Below are positions 16,374 to 23,687 of a stretch of 23,687 nucleotides of DNA, one piece after another. The stretch's first letter is position 1. The number at the start of each line of letters is the position of its first letter. The stretch is from Candidatus Hodarchaeota archaeon (lineage in GTDB: Archaea > Asgardarchaeota > Heimdallarchaeia > Hodarchaeales > Hodarchaeaceae): positions 1-23,687 of the forward strand of contig JAHQWW010000056.1 in assembly GCA_029856365.1 (NCBI GenBank). The letters are read 5' to 3'. The translations under genes were made by a program, and so were the position numbers. The notes under the pieces were generated by a model, which searched no databases, was not told the origin of the DNA, and saw only the letters and a list, made by a program, of their open reading frames with translations.

Positions 16374-19031
16374 TTGAGGTTCATTGGTGTGCCATCTCTC
16401 CGCTTAGGGAAAATCATCACTTCATCATTCACTTTCAAGGAAAAAAATATCAAAATAGCGTGGATCATCATCTTAGTTTGGTTAATCATTATCACTCCCG
16501 TATCAGCTTTGTTATCGGCTAGAGTGATGGAAAGCATGAGTACTGAATGGAGTTTTGTTCCTACTGGATCTGAATCTGATATCGCTTTGGAGATTTTGGA
16601 GAGAGAATATCCACCATCTAATGAATCTTTGATTGCTCTATTAAAGTCTAAAACTGGGTTTGCCTTCAATGATACTCTATTTAACAGTACTTACCAAGCC
16701 TCAAACCAAACCACTGATGATCTTATTGAAGCTATAATCTCAGCATCAAATGATAATTTCCTATATGGTTTATTTTTGAGTCTTTATATCAATGATTCTA
16801 TCTACGACTGGGAAATTGGAAAATTTGAAAATATTATTTCCCCTTTTGTCCATTTTCCTGGTTTAATCATGACTTTTCCCAATCAATCAAACATATGGCA
16901 AGATTTTTGGACTCAAATGTTTTTTGAAGACGATACGATAACTATAATTATCATCGGATTAGAAATTTCCAGTTCTGGCTTTTCCGCGCTTGGTGTTGGT
17001 GAACAGAGTACGTATTTTGAGTATATTCAAGAGCTAAGGGATTTTATAAGTGATAAGTTACCAAAAAGACTTAATTTAGCCGCCATTGGACTTGGCATCG
17101 ATGTTCATCCTGATACGGAGACAAAAATTACAGGTTCACTTGCGATCTCTTATGATAGTCTAGAATCATCTGAAGCTGATCGGGAACGTATGGATATTCT
17201 TACTGTGGTGTTGGTTATTATCATTCTCTTTATTGTCCTACGTTCAATAGTAGCTCCCACGGTTCCTTTAGTGACGATGGTTCCAGCTCTTCTCTTAGCA
17301 AACACGGTACTATTTTTCTTAGGGCAATATATTGAAATTGGTACATTTGCTCCAGTTATCGTGACGGTATTGGGATTAGGTGTTGGAGTTGATTACTCCA
17401 TCTTCATTCTAACCCGATTTATTGATGAAATACAGGAAGGAAAAACCCGAGAAGAAGCAGTCGAAACCTCACTTACGATGAGTGGAAGAGCAATTCTTTC
17501 TTCAGGTTTAGTTGTAATTATGGGTTTTGGGGCATTATTGATTCCAAATATTGAGTTAATTCAAAGTATCGGACTAGGTGCTATCATTGCAATAATTTGT
17601 GGATTATTGTCTGCTTTTACATTACTTCCATCATTACTTCACATATTTGGCGAAAAAATCACTTGGCCCAGAAAAATATCTGTTATTAAATATCAGGATG
17701 AAGAGAATGAAAAACTTACAGACAAAGCGAGAACAAAGACAAATGATACAATTTGGGGGAAATTTGCAAGATTTAGTATCCGTTTCGCTTGGCCCATCAT
17801 CATTATTGCTATAGTTGTCACTATACCTTTCGCTTTTTTGCTGACTTCATACCAACCATCTTATGATATATTATCTATGCTCCCTCCTAATGTCGAGAGT
17901 AGTGAAGCTTTTGAAATACTTGATGAGATCGATATGACAAGCGAATTATATGGAAATAGCATGGTACTTTCTGGGTTTAGCAGTTCTGATGAACTCTGGT
18001 CAAATAACACCCTTTATGCTATTGATCGTTTAGCAAATTGGCTCACCGATACTGAAGCTATAAAAGATGTGGAAACCATTACACGGCCGTCTATGGGATT
18101 TGTAAAATTAAATTTGATTGAGTTGGCTAGGACTGCACAAGGAGTAGAGGTTCCCTACCTTTCTGTTTCATCTTTAAGCGCTGTAGCACAAGAACATTTA
18201 CCTCTTGAAAGTACATTTGACGATATCATTCAAGAGTACGTGAATTGGAACCAAGCAAATAATACAGTAATAGTGAAATTAAATTTTATTAATAATCCAA
18301 TGGGCTCAGAAGCAATGGGAGACCTACGTTATCTTAGGGGGGAATTAAAAGATCTAACCATATTTGATCTGCCTTCTCCTGTTAGAGGATATATAGTTGG
18401 TGGAACCTCAATCAATGTAGATATGTCTAACGAGTTGTATTCTGCTTTTCCGCTAATGGTTCTCTGGATCATGGTTACAATAATGGTTATACTAACTCTT
18501 TTATTAGGTTCTATAACTGTTCCTATCAGATTAATAATCACTATAGCAACCTCTGTCATTTGGACTTTAGGCTTCTTGGTTTTAATGTTTCAATTCAACC
18601 TTGAAGAAATTACTATAACCTTAATAAATCCTAATATCAATATAGAAGCAGGATTATATTGGATAATCCCTCCGATATTATTCTGTATCCTCTTTGGACT
18701 CGGAATGGATTATGATATCTTTATTACTTCAAGAATCCGTGAGGAATATCTGAAAGGAAAGTCAAATCATGAAGCTATTGAAGAAGGCCTGCTTCATACC
18801 GCCTCAGTGGTCACTTCTTGTGCATTAATCATGGCTGGAGCATTCCTTGCACTCTGGTTTTCTTTCATATTGATCTTAACTGAAATTGGCTTAGGAATGG
18901 TTTTCGCGGTGATCGTGGATGCAACCATAGTCCGGATTTTTCTTGTTCCTGCAGCAATGGCAATTATGGGTGATAAGTATAATTGGTGGCCTGAATGGAT
19001 TAATAAGAAATTTGGAAAATTAGTTCATTAA
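16374..19031 (+). CDS. MmpL-family (RND superfamily) transporter
   Basis: Two repeats of TM + large loop + 5 TM, with GLGVGVDYSIFILTRF and FGLGMDYDIFITSRIREE (DY pairs), SGRAILSSG and VDATIVRIFLVPA. The true start may be GTG 16389, which has GAGGT 8 nt upstream. Confidence 0.93.
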   Translation: MRFIGVPSLRLGKIITSSFTFKEKNIKIAWIIILVWLIIITPVSALLSARVMESMSTEWSFVPTGSESDIALEILEREYPPSNESLIALLKSKTGFAFNDTLFNSTYQASNQTTDDLIEAIISASNDNFLYGLFLSLYINDSIYDWEIGKFENIISPFVHFPGLIMTFPNQSNIWQDFWTQMFFEDDTITIIIIGLEISSSGFSALGVGEQSTYFEYIQELRDFISDKLPKRLNLAAIGLGIDVHPDTETKITGSLAISYDSLESSEADRERMDILTVVLVIIILFIVLRSIVAPTVPLVTMVPALLLANTVLFFLGQYIEIGTFAPVIVTVLGLGVGVDYSIFILTRFIDEIQEGKTREEAVETSLTMSGRAILSSGLVVIMGFGALLIPNIELIQSIGLGAIIAIICGLLSAFTLLPSLLHIFGEKITWPRKISVIKYQDEENEKLTDKARTKTNDTIWGKFARFSIRFAWPIIIIAIVVTIPFAFLLTSYQPSYDILSMLPPNVESSEAFEILDEIDMTSELYGNSMVLSGFSSSDELWSNNTLYAIDRLANWLTDTEAIKDVETITRPSMGFVKLNLIELARTAQGVEVPYLSVSSLSAVAQEHLPLESTFDDIIQEYVNWNQANNTVIVKLNFINNPMGSEAMGDLRYLRGELKDLTIFDLPSPVRGYIVGGTSINVDMSNELYSAFPLMVLWIMVTIMVILTLLLGSITVPIRLIITIATSVIWTLGFLVLMFQFNLEEITITLINPNINIEAGLYWIIPPILFCILFGLGMDYDIFITSRIREEYLKGKSNHEAIEEGLLHTASVVTSCALIMAGAFLALWFSFILILTEIGLGMVFAVIVDATIVRIFLVPAAMAIMGDKYNWWPEWINKKFGKLVH

Positions 19032-19241
19032 AATTAGACTCGATTTTGGCGTATTATGATGAAAAGGGTTATCTAATTCCCTGCCTCAAAACAACATAAG
19101 ATCTCTCGATTTATCTCGCTAGGAGTTCTTAGTAAAAATCCTCCACATTATTTTTAAAGATGTTAATTAAGTATATCATTCCTAAATTGATATGTATAAA
19201 AATTAGTGAGATTATTAATTTCTTAGAATAAATCGATTATG

Positions 19242-19259
19242 ATAGTGTCATGACAATAT
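19242..19259. promoter_or_regulatory. Near-perfect 18-bp palindrome upstream of the small L30e-like gene
   Basis: ATAgTGTCATGACAaTAT has a perfect 10-bp core TGTCATGACA and one mismatched pair. It ends 65 nt before ATG 19324. Confidence 0.4.
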
Positions 19260-19323
19260 TACGATTTGATTCAAAGAAAGACCACAATAATAAATTAAAT
19301 TCCTTCAATAAACGGTTTCTTCA

Positions 19324-19605
19324 ATGACAGAACACACAAAAGTAATCTCGGATAAATATAGTCAATGTAGTATGTATTATTTGGAAGAGGGAGATTATAT
19401 AACGGGGTATAATGCCACATTAGTATATGTGATGAGCGGTTTAGTCAAAGCAGTTTATGTTTTGGGAGCAGTTCAAAAGAAAAGACTTGAAATTTTATTA
19501 AATAACTGCCAACTAGCATCGGTTCCTCTCTTTCAATTACCTTCTCCCATGAAGGACTTTGAAAATGTTAAGGTTCTTGCAGTTGTAGATAAATCAGCAG
19601 AATAA
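19324..19605 (+). CDS. Divergent L30e/L7Ae-fold small protein
   Basis: GDYITGYNATL..SGLVKAVYV...R...L...LASVPLF...VKVLAVVD parallels L30e GKYxxGYKxT...GKxKLIIIA...R...L...LSxIPVY...VSxLAIxD. A T-rich tract follows the stop. Confidence 0.62.
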   Translation: MTEHTKVISDKYSQCSMYYLEEGDYITGYNATLVYVMSGLVKAVYVLGAVQKKRLEILLNNCQLASVPLFQLPSPMKDFENVKVLAVVDKSAE

Positions 19606-19610
19606 TTTAA

Positions 19611-19626
19611 TTTTCTTTTCTTTTTT
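19611..19626 (+). terminator. Oligo-T terminator candidate
   Basis: TTTTCTTTTCTTTTTT immediately after the stop at 19605. Confidence 0.45.
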
Positions 19627-19765
19627 GATAATATTTTTATTTCTGATTAGAATTTATCCTAGAATGAAGCAACTTTCAAAAGTAATAAAATTTGACAGAA
19701 AATACACACATCGACAATATAGTTAATGTAATATATTCTCAATTTTACAACGCGTGGGTTTTACA

Positions 19766-21178
19766 ATGAGTAAGTCTGATCAAATTTTCGATGTCATTAT
19801 TGTGGGTGCTGGCCCTGCGGGGATTTTTACTGCTTTATTCTTAGTTCAGTACAGATCGAAACAAAAAAATCCGCTAAAGATATTGATTATCGAAAAAGGA
19901 GCAACCATTCAAGAAAGGGTAGAAAATCGAAAAAGGGGAGACAAAGATATCGTACATGGCTGGGGTGGGGCAGGGGCATTCTCTGATGGTAAATTAACGC
20001 TTTCTGTTGATGTTGGTGGGTCTTTATCCCACTTTATATCAGTTAGTCAATTAGAAAAAGACCTTCAACAAGTTGAAAAAATTTATACTGAATTTGGAGC
20101 CGAGGGATCTAGATTAGTGTCTGGGAGGAATGAAGAGACAAATAAAATGAGAAAACAGGCTCTTCAGTTTGGTATTCACCTACTTCCATACCGACTCTTA
20201 CATATTGGAACTGATAAATGTGTGAAGATTCTGGATGCGTTTTATCGATCCTTAAACTGTCAACCTAATGTTACTATAAACTTTGGGGAAACAGCAACTC
20301 ATGTATTAACTCAAGAAGATCGTATTATTGGGGTTCAGACTGACAAAAATGAATATTATGCTCCCTATGTCACAATTGGCGTAGGAAGAGCTGGTGCTCA
20401 TTGGTTACGTAAAGAAGCAGAACGATTAGGCCTAGAATTTCAAACAAACCCTGTTGATATTGGAGTAAGAGTTGAAGTTCCAGCAGAGATTACCTCTCAC
20501 TTAACTGATCTACTCTATGAGTTTAAATGCCATTTTTATGCTCCCACATTTGATCAAGACTGCAGAACTTTTTGTGTGGTACCAAATGGAGAAGTGGTGC
20601 GAGAAATTGCTTATGGTGAGAATGGAGAACAATGGGTTACAGTTAATGGGCATGCTTACGCAGATAAAGACCACCATACAACCAATACAAACTTTGCCAT
20701 TCTAGTAAGTAGTAGTTTTACAGAACCTTTTGATGATCCTATTGCCTTTGGACAATCTGTTTGTAAGCTGGCAAATCTCCTTAGTAATGGTGAGGTTATT
20801 ATTCAACGTTTAACCGATCTAAAACGGGGTAGACGTTCCACTCCCTCTCGAATAAAAAGATCAATAATATCTCCCACCTTGAAAAGTGCTGTTCCTGGAG
20901 ACCTTTCGTTTGTACTCCCTTATCGCCATCTTACGAGCGTTTTAGAGATGATTAAAGCATTGGATAACATTATTCCTGGTATAGACTCGAATAACACATT
21001 TTTATATGGAATAGAGACAAAATATTATTCCAACCAACTTCAATTGACAGAAGAATTGGAAACGAAAATCCATGGATTATTCGCCATGGGTGATGGGGCT
21101 GGGGTGACTCGCTCCTTAGCCCATGCTTCTCTTAGTGGGATTATGGTTGCACGAGCCATTAATTCAAGATTTAAATAG
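19766..21178 (+). CDS. Uncharacterised FAD-dependent oxidoreductase (COG2509-like)
   Basis: DVIIVGAGPAG, IEKG, GWGGAGAFSDGKL, VDIGVRVE, RTFC..PNGEV, VNGH, NTNFAILV, E.KYYS and GDGAGVTRSL. ATG 19766 is preferred over GTG 19754. Confidence 0.9.
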   Translation: MSKSDQIFDVIIVGAGPAGIFTALFLVQYRSKQKNPLKILIIEKGATIQERVENRKRGDKDIVHGWGGAGAFSDGKLTLSVDVGGSLSHFISVSQLEKDLQQVEKIYTEFGAEGSRLVSGRNEETNKMRKQALQFGIHLLPYRLLHIGTDKCVKILDAFYRSLNCQPNVTINFGETATHVLTQEDRIIGVQTDKNEYYAPYVTIGVGRAGAHWLRKEAERLGLEFQTNPVDIGVRVEVPAEITSHLTDLLYEFKCHFYAPTFDQDCRTFCVVPNGEVVREIAYGENGEQWVTVNGHAYADKDHHTTNTNFAILVSSSFTEPFDDPIAFGQSVCKLANLLSNGEVIIQRLTDLKRGRRSTPSRIKRSIISPTLKSAVPGDLSFVLPYRHLTSVLEMIKALDNIIPGIDSNNTFLYGIETKYYSNQLQLTEELETKIHGLFAMGDGAGVTRSLAHASLSGIMVARAINSRFK

Positions 21179-21466
21179 CTTTTCTAAGTGAAAATATACT
21201 TTAAACAGAAATAAACGGAAAATTATTTCAAAAAAAAGCCTTATTAGAAATCTTCAACCAAGAAAAAACTTAATATGACGAGCTGAAATATATAAGGGGC
21301 ATTTCTTGAGAAGTATTCAACAAGAGATGAGGATGCAATTATACAAATAAATCATCTATCTTTTCTATCTGAATTTTTACAGTTGAATTTGATATTTTTT
21401 AATAATCGATATCCCTAAACCTCAAAAAAGAATTTATGAATGTAAAATTCCTCTGAGGGCACCATC

Positions 21467-23314
21467 ATGAAAGAGGTTTTTCTAGTTATTAATCCTTTTG
21501 CTGCTGGAGGACGCGTTGAAACGATTTGGAGGGATGAAATTAAGCCATTAGTGGACAGTCATGATTTGGAATATGATTTTGAATTCACTTCATCTCCTCA
21601 ACATGCGATTGAAATAGCAAAAACCCGAGTTAATGAAGGATACAAGATTATTTGCTCTGTGGGAGGGGATGGAACTGCAAATGAGGTTTTGAATGGTATT
21701 TTGAAAGCTGAAAAACCAGGAGTGTTTTCTGCAATTCCTGTTGGGACAGGAGACGATATTCCTACTGTTTTCGGGATACCAGAAGGAGATCTGAAAGCTG
21801 CTGTCCAATGCCTAGTGAAAGGCCAAAATAAAACTTTCGATGTAGGATACTGTGAAACAGCAGATCGGTATTTCGGTGGAGTAGCTTCCATGGGATTTGA
21901 TGCGGAAGTAGCAGATCGGACAAATAAAGGATCAAAAAGATTAAGTGGGACAAAAAGTTATCAATTAGCTCTTGGAAAAACTCTGGTAAAATTTAGGCCT
22001 TATGATCTAGTAATTCGAATAGATGGAGAACAGACAATCGAAGGCCAAAGAATGTTGCTTGCAATAGGTAATGGAAAACGATATGGGGGGGGAATGCATA
22101 TCTGTCCTAATGCAGAAGTAACAGATGGTAAATTTGCTGTAACAACGGTGGGAAAAATGGGTCGAATCACCCTCCTGAGATTTTTTTCGACAGTTTATGA
22201 TGGCAATCATCTCCTTCATAGCAGTGTTGAAACGTTTGAGGCGGGATCAATACATGTGAATTCTCCAAAAAAGAAATGTTTATATCAGGTTGATGGTGAA
22301 ATCATGGGATATTTACCTGAAACCTTTATTACTAAACCTAATGCACTTACGGTCAGAGTTCCTGATCCCTGGTTATCATATGCAGAAATTTGGAAGAGAT
22401 CCAAATACAGTGATCCATTTACAGGAAATAAACTTTTTTTAGCTAAACTCGCTTATCTTAACCCCATTTCCAATTATAAAAGAGGCCTTGAATGGAATCA
22501 TATCAAGGAGAAAGAAATTGTAGAAGAACAATCAATAGATGAAATTGAAAGCAATAATGAAAGTAATAATCTTTATGTTAAGGAAAAGCATTTTTCAAAA
22601 AGATTAATATTTTTCTTGTTTAGGACTTTTTTCCAAACAGTCAGTTTATCTGTTGCCTTTACAGCTCCAATTACTTTTCCGTGGTTTTTTGATATCGTTT
22701 TTCCAGACTTATTAGCTCTAATTCCACCAGAAATTACTTCCTTTATTAAAGAATTAATCAGAACAATACAATCTTTTTTTACACCTCTTTTTACATCTCT
22801 AACTTGGTTAGAACCTTTAATTAGGTTCATGATGAATCTTTCAGCAATATTCAATCCCTTTCTTGTCTTCTCAATTTTGATGATCGTTTTTAATAGGATT
22901 GGTATGCTTTCTGATGAAGATTTTCAGGATCCTTTCAGTTCAACCAACGGAACCCCTACATCAACTGGATATTTTTTAGAATCTATTCGAAATAAATTTA
23001 GTTTTGATTTTTCATCTGCCACCGTCATTTTACTAATAGTTTCTAGTTTCGTGTCTTTCTTTTTAGTAATTAGAAGAGCCAGAGGTATTTTATTTGAAGT
23101 TATGACAACTAAAGAAGAAATAAAACACCTTGAAAAAGTAAGAAAAGTTTTCCTTAAATACTGCAAAGAAGGATTTTATACCGATATTGATTATTCTAAA
23201 AATAGACTAGCTGAATCACAAAAGACAAAGATTTTTGCAAATATAGTGAAATATGGGCCAATGGTATCACTGATTATTCCAGCTATACTTGCAATACTTT
23301 ATATTATGCTTTAA
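21467..23314 (+). CDS. YegS/DgkB-family (DAGK_cat) lipid kinase fused to a C-terminal multi-TM domain
   Basis: INPFAAGG, GGDGTANEV, IPVGTGDD, GFDAEV, GNGKRYGGG and QVDGE lie in the first ~300 aa. An acidic linker and about four hydrophobic segments follow. Confidence 0.85.
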   Translation: MKEVFLVINPFAAGGRVETIWRDEIKPLVDSHDLEYDFEFTSSPQHAIEIAKTRVNEGYKIICSVGGDGTANEVLNGILKAEKPGVFSAIPVGTGDDIPTVFGIPEGDLKAAVQCLVKGQNKTFDVGYCETADRYFGGVASMGFDAEVADRTNKGSKRLSGTKSYQLALGKTLVKFRPYDLVIRIDGEQTIEGQRMLLAIGNGKRYGGGMHICPNAEVTDGKFAVTTVGKMGRITLLRFFSTVYDGNHLLHSSVETFEAGSIHVNSPKKKCLYQVDGEIMGYLPETFITKPNALTVRVPDPWLSYAEIWKRSKYSDPFTGNKLFLAKLAYLNPISNYKRGLEWNHIKEKEIVEEQSIDEIESNNESNNLYVKEKHFSKRLIFFLFRTFFQTVSLSVAFTAPITFPWFFDIVFPDLLALIPPEITSFIKELIRTIQSFFTPLFTSLTWLEPLIRFMMNLSAIFNPFLVFSILMIVFNRIGMLSDEDFQDPFSSTNGTPTSTGYFLESIRNKFSFDFSSATVILLIVSSFVSFFLVIRRARGILFEVMTTKEEIKHLEKVRKVFLKYCKEGFYTDIDYSKNRLAESQKTKIFANIVKYGPMVSLIIPAILAILYIML

Positions 23315-23502
23315 TGAATCAATCAGTAATCCTTTACTTTATATAATGATTATTCATTTTTATGGCAATTTAAAAGTCATGATGGAAGCCAAGAACCTCG
23401 TAAACAGGTTCTACAACCTCGCACAAGTATGTAGAACGATACTCTTAAAATCACTTGTCTATTTAGAGAAGTAAACAACTTAAAAAGATTCAGTGATGGT
23501 TT

Positions 23503-23619
23503 TTGGCTACACAGGTATATGATTTGTTGATTATCGGGGCAGGACTAACAGGATTGGTTATCACTTATGAGTGTTTGAAAAGTGGAATTCACAAGACCAA
23601 GGTAATTGATAAAGGCTGA
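23503..23619 (+). pseudogene. Truncated remnant of an FAD-dependent oxidoreductase gene (dinucleotide-binding N-terminus only)
   Basis: TTG 23503 opens (M)ATQVYDLLIIGAGLTGLVITYECLKSGIHKTKVIDKG, then TGA at 23617-23619. A second in-frame stop, TAG, follows at 23665. Confidence 0.65.
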
Positions 23620-23687
23620 GATTTTCTCAAAATCCCCTTATTTGATCGAATTATTGGTCACTATTAGTGAACTTCAATTTCCTTACT

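Noticed and set aside
19056-19076. ATGATGA...CTAA C-box-like motif after the MmpL gene (a similar ATGATGA is at 8855)
   Set aside because: No proper D box or terminal stem.
23617-23619. In-frame TGA as a possible selenocysteine codon in the FAD-binding stub
   Set aside because: Read-through meets TAG at 23665 after 15 codons, and the position is not a redox Cys site.

Overview
AT-rich, gene-dense archaeal chromosomal window. It is most likely from an Asgard archaeon (Heimdallarchaeia/Hodarchaeales-like); this is inferred from the form III RuBisCO, archaeal TyrRS, an Asgard-style membrane-anchored NosD protein and an archaeal membrane-tethered wHTH regulator, and is not proven. No rRNA, tRNA, CRISPR array or transposase was seen. 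Gene order: partial DinB, maspardin-like alpha/beta hydrolase, C_GCAxxG_C_C protein, second alpha/beta hydrolase, form III RuBisCO, YcaQ-like glycosylase, P-type ATPase, MthZI/Zim-like m4C methyltransferase, CDF transporter, NosD beta-helix protein, TyrRS, Asp/Glu racemase, membrane-anchored hypothetical plus membrane-tethered wHTH regulator, MmpL/RND transporter, small L30e-like protein, FAD oxidoreductase, DAGK-family kinase fused to a membrane domain, and a truncated FAD-binding gene remnant. Best candidate for a new system: a Ca-ATPase-type (P2) pump whose ion-binding helix M6 carries His/Cys at canonical Asn/Thr positions and which ends in two tandem CDF-type metal-binding (ZT_dimer) domains, lying near a CDF with a non-canonical DxxxD/NxxxD site. 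Other highlights are a maspardin/SPG21 homologue with an apparently intact catalytic triad, a stand-alone divergent L30e/L7Ae-fold paralogue, and a putative transmembrane sensor-regulator-MmpL module with palindromic operator candidates. All family assignments come from motif recognition and remembered reference sequences, not from database searches.
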